A stretch of 64,000 bases of DNA from Octopus vulgaris (GCA_951406725.2 OX597820.1:81654001-81718000), one strand, 5' to 3'. Shown: positions 1 to 13,486, counted from the stretch's first letter. The notes: generated from the sequence alone by a model not told the origin. Program-made: numbers and translations.

Positions 1-487
1 TAAAAGACAAACAGTATATTTTATCTTTTACCTGTTATAATTCTGATTGCTTGAGACGTATAAAGATTCATGATGAAACCGAGAAGAAATCAATTGGTGT
101 CTGTATGTACGCGTGTGTTTCGATACGTAGTTATGTGCGTAATGTTAAATGATATAAAATGCAATAAAATAAGATGGAAAGATATAAATAAAACAGTATC
201 ATGAGATAAGAGTTTAAAATAAAATATAAAGAATAGTCATGAAACTGTGAGACGCTTCCGGGGGAAAAAATCGTTGGAAAACGGATTATAGCTGTGACTC
301 GATCAATTCCTAGTGTTACCTGAAGAAGGAATAGTTATATACCGAAATTTTATATCAGACTATGGATGATTAAATTATAACAGTTATTATAATCCATTGT
401 TGTTGTTATAGTGCATTGTTGTGGCATTCAAAACACATTATTTTTTACAAACAATACACAATGCTTCAAGCGAACTACAGTATTTTC

Positions 488-551
<64 letters not shown>

Positions 552-640
552 ATATCTATATATATATATATATATATATATATGGAGAGAGAGAGAGAGA
601 GTGAGAGATAGATAGATATATAGATAGATAGATAGATAGG

Positions 641-670
<30 letters not shown>
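488..670. repeat. Compound microsatellite (TATC)n-(TA)n-(GA)n-(GATA)n
   Basis: Directly visible. It accounts for the ORFs at 411-615. Confidence 0.95.
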
Positions 671-671
<1 letters not shown>

Positions 672-914
672 GTTTCTTTATTGGCCACACAGGGCTACAC
701 ACAGATGGAACAAATTACAAGGTAGAGCTTTTCTTTTGGGGGATGAAAAAAACAAAAAAACAAAAAACAAAAGAAACAAAAAAAAGATAGATATAGAGAG
801 AGAAAAGGTCACCAGAATTTTGGAAAAAATATTTTTATCTATTCATTCTTATTAGCGCTTTCGTTCGTTTCTGGAACGTGTGTGTGTGTGCATATTTATA
901 TGAATTTTTTATTG

Positions 915-1258
915 TTTACTTGTTTTAGTCAATGCCCTTCGGCCATGCTGGGGCACCGCGTTTTAGTATTTGGTCGAAGAAACCGACCCAGCGTTTATCT
1001 ATTTTTAATCTGCTAGGAATTACATCAGTACTTTTGCCGAACCGGTAAGTTACGGAGTCGTAAGCAAACCAAAAACAGTTGTCGGTGGGTAGTGGGGTAG
1101 AAGCACAATAACACACATACACTCGTCTGTTATATCTATATATGATGGGTTTCCACACACTTTCTATCTACTAAAGTCACAAAGAACGTATTAGTCGGCT
1201 ATAGATATGTGCCCAATGTGGTGCACAGTTGAACTGAACCCGAAATCATGCGGTTGAA
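915..1258 (-). mobile_element. Degenerate tRNA-derived SINE (family with GGCGGTGC.CCAGCATGGCC tail)
   Basis: Plus strand tttacttgttttagtca...ggccatgctggggcaccgc matches the copies at 7945-8286 and 51312. Confidence 0.7.
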
Positions 1259-1495
1259 AATCGACAATAACAACAATAACAACAACGCGACTAACAACAA
1301 ACCAACAACAACAACAACTACCATGATCGCAGCAGCTTGGGCGAACACACAAATACAGTGTATTACAAGAACGATACAAAATGTCGGATAAAAAGGCAGC
1401 AGCAGCGGTAACGGGGCAAGGAACATGGTTGAGGGGAGGGTCATAGCATTACTAAGTACAATGACACAAACACACACACACATACACACACACAT

Positions 1496-1876
1496 GGAAG
1501 CACTCCGTCGGTTACGACGACGAGGGTTCCGGTTGATCCGATCAAAGGAACAGCCTGCTCGTGAAATTAACGTGTAAGTGGCTGAGCACTCCACAGACAC
1601 GTGTACCCTTAACGTAGTTCTCGGGGATATTCAGCGTGACACAGAGAGTGACAAGGCCGGCCCTTTGAAATACAGGTACAACAGAAACAGGAAGTAAGAG
1701 TGAGAGAAAGTCGTGGTGAAAGAGTACAGCAGGGATCACCACCATCCCCTGCCGGAGCCTCGTGGAGCTTTAGGTGTTTTCGCTCAATAAACACTCACAA
1801 CGCCCGGTTTGGGAATCGAAACTGCGATCCTACGACCGCGAGTCCGCTGCCCTAACCACTGGGCCATTGCGCCTCC
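1496..1876 (-). mobile_element. Full-length tRNA-derived SINE (head GGAGGCGCAATGGCCCAGTGGTTAG), tail type 1
   Basis: Pol III A box TGGCCCAGTGG and B-box-like TTTCGATTCC on the minus strand. Body nearly identical to 8462-8950. Confidence 0.9.
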
Positions 1877-2649
1877 ACTACACACGCATACACACATACG
1901 CACACACACACACAAACAAACACAGACGCATACGCATATGACGATACACATCATAGAACAAAATAGAATAAGCAGAGCAAGAGCACACACGAGGACGGAA
2001 AGTGTCGGTGAGGAGGTCACAGATGTGCTGGGCAAAGATTCCGTACAATAAACATGTGTTAGAATGAGAACACTGCCAAATACCAAGAAAATCGTTATTC
2101 CTGCAACTTACTATTCAAGATTTATGAAACTTAATAATTTTACGCAAATTCATAACGTGTTAACGCATTAAGGAATGACGTGACATTAAAACTATAAATA
2201 GGGTAGTTTAAAGTGTAAACACCGATTTCTGCAAATTATTATTAGATTAGCAAATTATACGTAAAACGATATCCAATCTCACACATCAACAGAAAGTAAA
2301 GCATTGGCAGATCATTAGAAATATATATACCAAAATCCCAATGGTAATAATGCATACTTAAACGGTCATAGAAAAACAACAAATAGTATGTACAAAAGCT
2401 AAAATAAAATGAAATTGAATTAAATTACATTAAACAAATAATTTGATGTTAAATGTTGAAGACAGAAATAAGAAACTCTTGAAATACTTTAAGTATAGTG
2501 TCACTATGAATGTATGACATAAACAGTTTAGAAAGAATTATTATTATATCTAAATTTAAATGAATAGATATTTTGAAAAACGTATCAGTGTCATAAATAC
2601 GTTATACCAGAATACACAATTAATAACATGAAATGTCACACACGCATAC

Positions 2650-2680
<31 letters not shown>

Positions 2681-3371
2681 TGTATGTATGTATGTACACA
2701 CACACCCACACAATATATGTATGTATGTATGTTTGTCTGTCTGTCTGTCTGTCTGTATGTATGTATGTATGTATATACCTGTAGAGAAACTCGGGTTGGT
2801 GTCAAAGGGTGTTGTAATAAGCCCACTGAGAATGAGTGATCCCTGGTCTTTGTCAATGCGTCCTTCTAAGAGGAGGTCAACTCTTATATAAAACCTGCTG
2901 CTCTACTGAGCCAGATACCTTGCTCTTTGCTTGTCTCTGGGCTTCTTGGTATACTTAATGTTGTGTCAGCCGCGCTTAACTTAAGACTGCCACGGGTATT
3001 TTTGACGCTTAATTCTTCTCAGCAATGATCAAGTTCATTTAACGAGTAGACAACCATCATATATGTATGCATAAGTACATGATGGCGCGCACACGCACGC
3101 ACACACACATACACACACGCACACGCACACACGCACACGCACACACGCACACGCACACACAACCTTCCACATACACAACACACACAAACACATATATACA
3201 CGCACGTACATATACTTCTACACACACTCACACGCACATAGACACATCTACATCCTCACACGTACACACATACACGCGCGCGCGCTCTCACACACACGCT
3301 GTTACACACATATATGCCACCATCACTCACACACATACACCTCCCTTTTCTTTGCACATTCTTGTTTTTCC

Positions 3372-3408
3372 TGTTTCCGAAGGAGAGCTATGCTCGAAAC
3401 GTAAAACA
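3372..3408 (+). ncRNA. Minimal type I hammerhead ribozyme variant
   Basis: TGTTT-CCGAAGGA-GAGC tat GCTC-GAAA-CG-TA-AAACA: 5-bp stem I, 4-bp stem II, palindromic ACGT stem III, non-canonical 8-nt core. Confidence 0.6.
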
Positions 3409-3509
3409 ACTACTCTTTTCTCTCTCCGAGCGTTTATTAATACTTAGCATGTGCTACGCCCTCACGCTGGGTTTTTCTTTTTCTTCACTTTTTCTCTATT
3501 TTTTCTTTT

Positions 3510-5330
3510 AATTAACGACTATTGAAGCGGTTGCAAGAAGCAACGAAAATATTTAGGAAAAATAAATAAGTAAATGAGTATAAATCGAACTGGTGAGTGT
3601 GTTAATTAATAAGGTATTAAAACAGAATGACTCTCCCCAGACACAATAAAATATGCTTCAACGTACGAATTCACATAAAGAATCTCGCAAACCAAATACA
3701 AAGATGTATAACAACAGAAGAATGAGATTCCAAAAAGCGGCACTTTTTCTGATAAAACCAAGAACTTATACTTTGTAGACAACAGCATATACTCACAACT
3801 CCTACATAACATTGTCATTAGTAATTACACTAAGGCTAGACCGGAAGTTTATGATGACATTAAGAAAGCTAGTGTCATCGCCACTAGGTTTAAATTCGAT
3901 AAAAAATAGAGATCCTTCCAAAATAGAAAATTATTTTAAAAAATAATGATAAAGTTAGAGAGGCAACTAATTTAGTAAAATGGTCCAATAGTATAGAAGT
4001 TGATAACTGGTTTAAAGTAATTAAAAATAAGAATATAGCCAGATTTACACAATTCGATATGGTAGATTTCTATGCGTCTATTTCTAAAAAAAATACTAGA
4101 TAAAGCCCTCAATTTCGCAAGCGATTAAGCTGAGATTAGTGAACAAGATAAGGATATAATCCTCCATGCTAGAAAGACTATGCTCTTTAACGAGAACGCA
4201 GAGTGGATCACGACAGCAGACACAGAGGGTTCTTTCCATATGAGCATGATATCATATGATGGAGCAGATATATGCGATATCATTGGGCTATCCTGCTCCA
4301 CACTTTAGAAAAAACCTTTCCTGGTGTATATTTTGCTATTTATAGGGACGACTCTCTAGCTTAACTAAGAATACCTTTGGATCAACGAAAGATCGTTTAA
4401 GGGAGGAGATTATCCAACTTATGAAAACATTCGATCTTAAGATAACGATAGATACCAACCTGACGGCTGTCAATTTCTTTGACGTGTCTCTAGATTTGCA
4501 AGAGAATATTTACAAACCCTATAGAAAGCCAAACGATTGACTTAGTCGTATCAATATAAGGGTCCTACCACCCACATAGTTTTTAAGAATTTAGTTAAGA
4601 ATATTAATAGAAGAATTTCTAGCCTCTCCTCCAATATAAACATATTTAATAATGCTGCCCTTATACAACAATGCCCTCAAAACGAGTGAATTTAAAGAGG
4701 AAATAGTTTACAACCCCTACAATTAGACCAGAAATAAAGAAAAGGAAACATAGACACAGGAAAATTATCTAGTTCAAACCCCTTTACTCCCACGAAGTGA
4801 CCTTTAATATAGGTAAATATTTCCTGTCACTTATAGATAGACATTTTCCAATACATCACAAATATAGAAAATTCCTTAATAAGCATAACCTAAAATTTAG
4901 GTTTAGTTCACCCCAAATTTTAAAAGCATAATCACGCATATTATAAAACAACACCAAGAAGCCGGTTGTTCCTGCAGGAATAAAGACCTGTGCCCACTAA
5001 ATGGAGCCTCTATGATCGAGGCCATTAATTATGAGCTACTGTAAATTCCACCAACGCTAATAATAGTTTCATCCAAGAGATATGTGGGTCTCACAGTGGG
5101 AAATTTTAAAGCAAGCTTTAACCATCGCACCTTAAGCTTCAGACACTAGAATAAACGAAATACTACTAAATTAACTAATTATATATGGTTCTTAAAAGAA
5201 CAAGGTGTCAACTACATTATTTACTGGAAGATCTTGGCCAAGTGTAACCCTTATACCAACGGTAGTAGCACGTGCGGTCTTTGTAACATGGAAATATTCT
5301 CATCTGAAATAGTTTTTTAGGCCACGCTAC
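3510..5330 (+). mobile_element. Decayed Penelope-like retroelement (RT + GIY-YIG, Naiad-like)
   Basis: Frameshifted motifs QFDMVDFYASI, SYDGADICD, IYRDD, NFFDVSLDL..YKPYRKPN, CSCRNKDLCPLNG, YVGLTVGNFK, TKLTNYIWFLK, CGLC. Confidence 0.9.
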
Positions 5331-5360
5331 ATGTTTAAATCCAAGAATTGAACTCTTTGT

Positions 5361-5400
<40 letters not shown>

Positions 5401-5550
5401 GTATGTGTTTATGTATTAGTACGTGCATAAATATATGGTAGTGTGTGTGCATGTGCATATACATTTTTGTGAGTGTGTACGTATGTAGACATTGTGAACG
5501 CAGGTGTTTTATGTCTGTGTATGTTATTACTTTTTGTGCGAATATGTGTG

Positions 5551-5599
<49 letters not shown>

Positions 5600-5833
5600 T
5601 TATAACTTTAGTATATATAATTTTTAATATTTTTTATCTTTTTCCTTTTTTCTTTTTCACTTTTAGCATCTATTAGAGTTACTCCCTTATCTTTAACGGT
5701 TTTCCGTAGTGTCTATTGTTATTTAACAGCCGAGTACTAATAATTATTAGTACTCCGAGTACTAATAATGACAACAGTTTACTGTTTGCTCTATAAATTA
5801 TACTACATATATGTATATATGTGTGTGTGTGTG

Positions 5834-5909
<76 letters not shown>

Positions 5910-6248
5910 CATATACATGGACGACGAAGTACAAATGTACTCAGAGAGAATCTGGGTATAACAAGAATTATATACGTACTATGAGTAAGAAAAGGTAGTG
6001 TTTGTATAAACATGTGCTGCATTTGGTTGATAACAAGGATGGTTTTGTCGATTGCATAAAGTAGGTGGAGCTTGTGGAGGATGGAGACTCACGAAGACAT
6101 ACAAAGGAAGTGGTGAAAGCTGACCTCAGGATCTTGAGCCTCACGGAGGATATGACGAATGACTAAGATGGCTGGTGATATACGTTTCTTGAGAAACGCG
6201 GATCTCGTCAAAACTGGGTTCTTGGAGCACTGTATGTGTGTGCGATGT

Positions 6249-6322
<74 letters not shown>

Positions 6323-6548
6323 GCTTGTGTGTGTACGTGTGCGTGTGTGCATGTGTACATGTCTATGTGCATGTGCGTGTGCGTGTATGTGTATGTGTAT
6401 GTGCATGTCTGTGTGTATGTCTGTTTATACTCACTAATTGCCGATACAGACCATCACTACTTTTATCAGATTCAACTGTTTATTTCCCTGTATGTGTGTG
6501 CGTGTGTATGTGTGTGTACGTGTGTGGGTATGTTGTACATACTGACAC

Positions 6549-6596
<48 letters not shown>

Positions 6597-7944
6597 CTAC
6601 CCTTTAGTGTCCAAGTGATAACCTTCAGATTTGACTACTTTTTGTCTCACATATTTCTTTTCCACTGCACCACCAACCATGATTTTGTGACAATCTCAGT
6701 TTATGGTCCACTTCATTATATTTGGACGAAGGCTTCTTCGTCCTCACCTACACTTCTACTTTATCCACTGCGTTTATACAATCCACAACTGCCTTCCTTT
6801 TCTCCTGCCTACCAGCCTTCAGACTATCATATGCATATTTCAAATTCTCCACCACTTATCATCTTTCCCCTATTCATGTCTTTCCTTTTTTTAAAGCCTC
6901 TAATCTACGTAACTTCTTAAATTCAAACACTATATACTTTATCTTTAATACGTACATCGTCAAATCTCCGATATATATGTGTGTGTGTGTCTGTGCGCGT
7001 GTGTGTGTGTATATGCATGTATGTATATATGTATATATATGCACGTATTCAAACCCACATGCAGCCGCATACATTCCAACCAAATACACTCTTACCCAAA
7101 AGTAGTATTCTTTTTTTTACACGCATCCACACCACCTGAATACACAAGCACAGTGAAAGGTACACATACTGTCATATGATGGCCTTAGCGCAACTGTATA
7201 TGAGATATATCACAACACCTCGATAAATTGAATACACCAATCATAATGTATACTCATGGCCATAAGCAAATGAAACACATGAAAATGACAGGCACAAGCG
7301 CGCATTTTAGACAGATATCACATTCATACGTACTTCACAAGTATCTATACATGCAAGGTTAACCCAACACACACAACAACCAAGCAATATCCATGATGGC
7401 ATAACAAAAAAATACACACAAAATATGAGCCCCCATTTAAACACATGCGCACATATGTACATAGATATATCAACTAACATTGAAAATGATAGTAGCTCAC
7501 CTTAAAAAAAACACAGTTACATGCATACGCAGGCAAACAAATTTCCTGACAATACACCTATGTATATTGACCTGTATATAACAGATCTCAATGCATGGAG
7601 TAAAATCACTGTAGTGGAAGGATCCTGACCGCCGTCACGTGGCCAAAAGTGGACTGACGCATTTCAATAAAATAAAGAAACTGTGTGAACTGTTCGCAAT
7701 TGACAGTCGGCAGTTGAAAGTCAAAGTTTACAGCATTGATCGTTCGTATCGGATTATTGTGTTCGTTTAATATCATATTTACGTTTGGCGTAGTACGGAA
7801 CACGTTCTCTGTGAACATATTAATTCTGCGAAAGGTTATTCTAGATAACTATATTCAAGTATTTATTTGAGTAATACTATTACTACACTCTTGAGCACAC
7901 CCAAATCTGCACAACCATGACATAACAATTAGATACATACTCTC

Positions 7945-8286
7945 TTTACTCTCTCATTTGACTGCGGCCATGCCTTTTAGTCGAGTAAATCGATCCCAGG
8001 ATGTAGAATAAGCCTAGTACTTATTCTATCAGTCTCTTTTGCTGAACCGCTAATTTACGGGGACGTAAACACACCACCGTCGTTGTCAAGCAATGGTAGC
8101 GTAACAAACACAGACGCACAAACATATACACACATACATACATATATATGCACATTTATACGATGGGCTTCTTCCAGTTTCCGTCTACCAAATCCACTCA
8201 CAAGGCTTTGGTCGGCCCGAGGCTATAGTAGAAGACACTTACCAAAGGTTGGTAAGCAAGGTACTTACCACACAACCACTCCTGCG
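7945..8286 (-). mobile_element. tRNA-derived SINE with internal (TG)/(TA) tract
   Basis: Head GCAGGAGTGGTTGTGTGGTAAG, body AAGTGTCTTCTACTATAGCCTCGGGCCGACC, tail GGCATGGCCGCAGTCAAATGA. Related to 61390-61547 and 34950-35295. Confidence 0.85.
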
Positions 8287-8461
8287 CTCACATACATTAC
8301 ACATATTTACCTCATATGTAATTTTGTACGTTTGAAACCCCATACATTCCTTATCATTGCCGGTCATTCGACCTCAGCCTTATTTTTCATGACTTGATAC
8401 ACATATTCCTCGTCACCACTGCATTTTCTCCCTTTCCTATACATGTTTCCTTGTAGCTATC

Positions 8462-8950
8462 TGTTTATTGAGCGAAAACACCTAAAGCTCCACGAGGCTC
8501 CGGCAGGGGATGGTGGTGATCCCTGCTGTACTCTTTCGATCCGTGGAACAAGCTGCCGGACGAGATGGTGAAGATGCCGACGACCGCTTTTTTCAAAGCC
8601 TCCCTTGACCTCAAGTGGCCTGAACTCTTTACATGAACACCACTGTGTACTTAACTCCATGTCCCCCTACATGGCCTTGCTATTTGCTTTTGAGCCAAAT
8701 TAACTAACTAACTAACTAACTAACTAACCACAACTTTCTCTCACTCTTACTTCCTGTTTCTGTTGTACCTGTATTTCAAAGGGCCGTCCTTGTCACTCTC
8801 TGTGTCACACTGAATATCCCCGAGAACTACGTTAAGGGTACACGTGTCTGTGGAGTGCTCAGCCACTTACACGTTAATTTCACGAGCAGGCTGTTCCGTT
8901 GTTTCGGATCAACCGGAACCCTCGTCGTCGTAACCGACGGAGTGCTTCCC
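8462..8950 (+). mobile_element. 5'-truncated SINE (same family as 1496-1876) with 14-bp TSD
   Basis: Matches the reverse complement of 1496-1795. TCCTTGTAGCTATC flanks both sides (8448-8461 and 8953-8966). Confidence 0.9.
8538..8726 (+). mobile_element. 3' end of CR1-type LINE nested in SINE
   Basis: Translates PWNKLPDEMVKMPTTAFFKASLDLKWPELFT* (WNxLP...FK..LD motif), then a short 3'UTR and a (TAAC)n tail. Confidence 0.8.
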
Positions 8951-9415
8951 TCTCCTTGTAGCTATCAAACTTTCTGAATAGAATGGTTCGAAACATGTGA
9001 CACTTATTATCTTAATCTTTCACGGAGCCTCAAATTGCTAATGCATTTTCTCTTTACGTGGTTGCTCATGTCCTTAATTGTGAGTTACAGTCTCTCTGTC
9101 TCTTTGTCTGTCTGTCTCTGTCTTTCTCTGTCTTCTGTTTCTCTCTGTCTCTCTTTTTCTTTATACATAATACATATGGTGATAAACATGTATACATATA
9201 CATACATTTTGGTATGCGGTAAAGGAGTATGTTGTTGATGTTATCAATAATACACATATAAATATAAATCTTTAACTTTAAGTTGTTTCAGCTTTAAAAC
9301 TGCGGTCATGCTGGGGCACCAATCACAATATATGATTAAATATTAAAAGAACTACTATATAACAAATCATTGTAACTAATTTAGTATATAGTTTGAAGAT
9401 ATTCAAGTAATCATC

Positions 9416-9450
<35 letters not shown>

Positions 9451-9736
9451 ATGTGTGTGTGTGTATGCCTTTAGCTTAAATATAAAAAAGTTCTCTTTTT
9501 CTCTCTGTATCTACACACACACTCACACATACGTACATAAGTTAATTAGAGGATATATTAACCTCTTAAAGCGATGATTACATCCAAGAAAACACTGGTT
9601 CTGTACCTCGTATCTTTGGGAAACAAAGTTACCCTAAGTCAATAAGTATATATTAAGTATGTAATCCGTATTAAATTAAGAGAAGAAAATAGAGAATTAG
9701 TGGTTAATAATTATTTATTTATAAATTGATAATCAT

Positions 9737-9838
9737 TCCTTCTTACAGGTGTTTCCATTTATACTCATTGAATAAATTACAAAGTTATGCATTAAATTTG
9801 CATTTATAAGTTATAAGCAAAATATCATCAGGGATAAG
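9737..9838 (-). ncRNA. Hammerhead-like motif with long stem II in PLE terminal sequence
   Basis: Minus strand reads CTGATGA-TATTTTGCTTAT...ATGAGTATAAATG-GAAACACCTGTA. Stems I and III are partly degenerate. Confidence 0.5.
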
Positions 9839-10293
9839 TTAGACGTTAAAGAAAATGCACGTTGACCTATCTTTTCATTTTAATATACAGGAGTGTGCAG
9901 ACAAATGAAAGATGGGCACTCAACACATTTATAGGGAGTCACATGTATAGTTCAAACAGTTTGATTCAAATTCCTTTAGTACTTTAAGTTTCAAGCGTGA
10001 GATTACTATTCAACCATTGGAATTAGAATCTAATTAGAAGTACTAAAGAAATTTGAATCATATACATATATGTTAATGCTTGGCGTACCCGCTGATGAGA
10101 ACTTCCCCTTGCAAATTATTTTATTTGCTAATCAAATTTCGAAACCTAAGGTCCGGCTGTAAAACATGGTAAATTTTTTTATCTTCCATTCCCTTCGAAA
10201 TTGCTCTTAACTGTGGTTTGAACTTTTTGACTGTTCCTTCTAGCATGTAAGGCGACTTGTTAAGGTTCACCTCTTTTGTGTTTAAATGTACAC

Positions 10294-10338
<45 letters not shown>

Positions 10339-10420
10339 GTAGGGGGTATAATTCCAAACTTACAGGGAAAAATTCAATTTAGCAATTCCAAATCAAATTT
10401 CACAATATATGATATATGTA

Positions 10421-10663
10421 TATAGTTAAGAGAAATAACCTCTATAAAGTAATTCAATAGTGAAAGATTTTATCTATATCATATAGATAAAATTTAAATA
10501 TTCTATAATAAATATCATTCAAAGAATCACTAAATTAAATATATGTTTATTTAATTTTGTGATTTTTTGAATAATATTTACTATAGTATATTTAAATTTT
10601 TCTATATGATATAGATAAAGTTTTTCACTATTGAATTACTTAATAGAGGTTATTTCTCTTAAC

Positions 10664-10668
<5 letters not shown>
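10421..10668. repeat. Imperfect ~250-bp fold-back palindrome next to (TA)n
   Basis: tatagttaagagaaataacctcta... pairs with ...tagaggttatttctcttaactata, and pairing continues to the centre near 10545. Confidence 0.9.
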
Positions 10669-10717
<49 letters not shown>

Positions 10718-10752
10718 TATATATATATATATATATAAAGAGAGAGAGAGAG

Positions 10753-10807
<55 letters not shown>

Positions 10808-10929
10808 TAACGTAAATATGTTTGACCAAAAATTGGCCCAGGCCATGTCTAACTTAATATCACCACCTGATAGCATTTGCTAAATGCTTTTTAAGTCACG
10901 TTTTGTGGTATCATGGCCCATTGAAATAG

Positions 10930-11860
10930 GAAGTTCTTGTTGAGTGAGTTCTATTCAGGTACAGGTGGTCCAGATTCCTTTTAACGGTGTCTTGTTGCTG
11001 TCAACTACAATTCCATTCATTGCTACGAATCTGAAATTGGCGCAATGTCTCACCAATGCTATTGCTGTGGTGATAAAAAAATGGTTAAATGAACCACCTG
11101 GGTTATGCTGCAAGAGGGGGAAGATTATGCAACCTTTCTTTCCTGACCCTCCTGAAGAACTGAAAAATTTCTTCATGGAACTTCCCCACCCCCATTCAAA
11201 GCATTTTCTCCAAGAAATACGACACTATAACAATGTTTTCTAGATGACTTCGTTTGGAGCAAATATTGTGAATGGGGGACGATTCATGCCCACATTCAAA
11301 ATCCAAGGACAAGTATATCATCGAATTGGTAGCATTTTACTACTAGAAAATGAAGACCATAATTTTTTGCAAGTATATTTAATTTAAAAATATGCAAATA
11401 CAAGCTGAAATAAGGTATAATCTTAATGAAGGGCTCCACTTTGACAAAATACAACAACTTCAACAAATGCTTCATAGCAATAATAATTATATCAGGGGTT
11501 TCAAGTGTACCTTTGATAATACACAAAGCAGAAACTTTCAATTGGTGATTAATTCTGATATATATAATTCTGATTATATTCAAGAATGAGTAAATTACAA
11601 TTTAAATGAAGCGTATTATGTAATAGCATTTAGTGTATTGATAAATAACACATACAACTCTTTTATTATTGTCATATAATAAACAAATAGAAGTTCGTGT
11701 ATGAAATGTATGTTCTTTCTACTTCAATTATTACATATTTTTTCTCTTTTAAAACTCACACATAGAGGAGGAGTAAATTATATATGTAATAATACTTTGA
11801 ATATGACTCCCGAGAAAGAGTAAGAGTAATTACCCGATCAACGACGGGGATTACTACTAG
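10930..11860 (+). mobile_element. Helitron remnant (Rep N-terminal region and 3' terminus)
   Basis: EPPGLCCKRGK...IRHYNNVF*MTSFGA...MPTFKIQGQVYHRIGS. 3' hairpin CCCG atcaacga CGGG, then CTAG|T at 11857-11861. Confidence 0.85.
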
Positions 11861-12135
11861 TATAGACTATAAACAGAAACGGGCTCCACTTGATCCCCTG
11901 ACGGACACCACTGGTGACGTTCACTGGGCTTTAGTGTATTATATTATATATATATATATATATATATCCTATATATCCTAGATTATGTCGGTAAAGCGTG
12001 ATGCAACCCCGAAAAACTGGCTCACTAATCAGCATCATTGGGATAAATGCTTGATTTTCATATTCAAAATGTTTCCTATAAGCAAATTTAAAATATACAT
12101 ACATACATACATACATACATACATACATACATACA

Positions 12136-12167
<32 letters not shown>

Positions 12168-12434
12168 CACCCGAGTAAGCACGTAAATGCCAAACAAGTA
12201 AAATAAATAGTACTCGAAAACCGGAGGTAGAGTAATATGCATTTTTTTATTATTAAGGCAGGAAGAATATCACAAAAAATTGCTACTTAGAATTTCATGT
12301 TCCCGATCGTCAAGGTGCTGTGATTCTTGATCACAACTGCCTGACAAACGGGAATGTTACGTAGATGACCTTATATTTGTTTGTTCTGCAACCATATTTT
12401 TATATATATATATATATACATACATATATATATT

Positions 12435-13272
12435 CAGTGAGGGTTGAATATATAGTCATCTAAATTACGCAAAAATGAAAACAACACTACAACACTGACA
12501 CCTCATTTTATCAGATATATTTACCAAAATTAAATGAAAATACCTTGAAATACTAAAGAGTAAATTTATTCAATAAAATCGCCATTGACTTCATCCACGG
12601 CCTCCAGACGACTTCAGAATCTCCTGCAACTCTTCTGGACGGTCTTCTTGTTTAAGTTGGTGAACGCTGCCATAATCCTCGCCATCAGTTCATCTTTGGT
12701 GCTACAAGAAGTTTTGTTGGTCTCTTGCTCAACTGCGCTCCACACATAATAATCAAGTGGGCTGCAGTCTGGGGAGTTAGAGGCGATGTGGTTGCAGAGA
12801 TTTTCTGACAGCAACAACTGGGTTCTTCTGCATGTGTGGCATGGTGCAGAGCCCTGTTGTGAGATGTACGGTCTTCCAGCAGTCTCCCACTTGGCCCAGG
12901 TCTGTACTACCTCCTCCAGGCACTTGATTTAAGCTTCCTCGTTGAGTGTAAGGCCGTGTAAGATGATGAATGGAGGCATAACGTTTCCATCATTGGTGGT
13001 CACTCCAAACACCATGATGTCAAATGGTTGTTCGATTTTTTTATAACCCTCAGATTGACACTCAAACACTCTTAAATGGATCTTCCAGCGTGAATGCCAA
13101 GTAGCACAGCATGCCTTTTCCAAATTCTGGCAGGGTGAATTGAGTCATGGTGCTGTTTTTCTCTAAGACGGTGCCCAAGGGATCCTTCTATACTGAGTAG
13201 TAGTCAATATAAAAATGTGCTTATGAGGTAAATTAAAAATATAGATTGCCAACAATTTACCCATAGCACCCT
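12435..13272 (-). mobile_element. Tc1/mariner (probably maT/DD37D) decayed transposon
   Basis: QQGSAPCH...SPDCSPLDYYVW and MVFGVTTNDGNVMPPF. Degenerate termini in TA context. Homologous to 27123-28030. Confidence 0.85.
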
Positions 13273-13282
13273 ATATATATAT

Positions 13283-13480
13283 TTTTCGTTTTTGGATTTG
13301 GTTTGCACGATTCTTTATGCGAGTTCGTGTGTTGAAGCATATTCTGTTGTGTTTGGGGTGAGTCATTCTCTTTTAGTGCCTTATAATTTAACACACTCAC
13401 CGGTAACTTTTCCACTTATTTACTTGTTTAGTTATGTAAAATTTTCATTGCGTCTAGCAACTTTTTCAATAGCTGTTGAC
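13283..13480 (-). mobile_element. Fragment of the same PLE family as 3510-5330
   Basis: Reverse complement aligns by eye with 3512-3715 (GGTGAGTGTGTTAA, AGAATGACTC, ATATGCTTCAAC). Confidence 0.8.
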
Positions 13481-13486
13481 AACATG

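Noticed and set aside
315-360. CTGAAGA...CCGAAA hammerhead-like motif
   Set aside because: No convincing stem I or stem III pairing.
1800-1876. tRNA-like sequences here and at 25279, 44429, 53830 and 54230
   Set aside because: They are SINE heads continuing into SINE bodies, with no proper acceptor stem.
2780-3015. LTR-like block with TATATAAAA
   Set aside because: Single copy, with no TG..CA boundary pair, PBS or TSD established.
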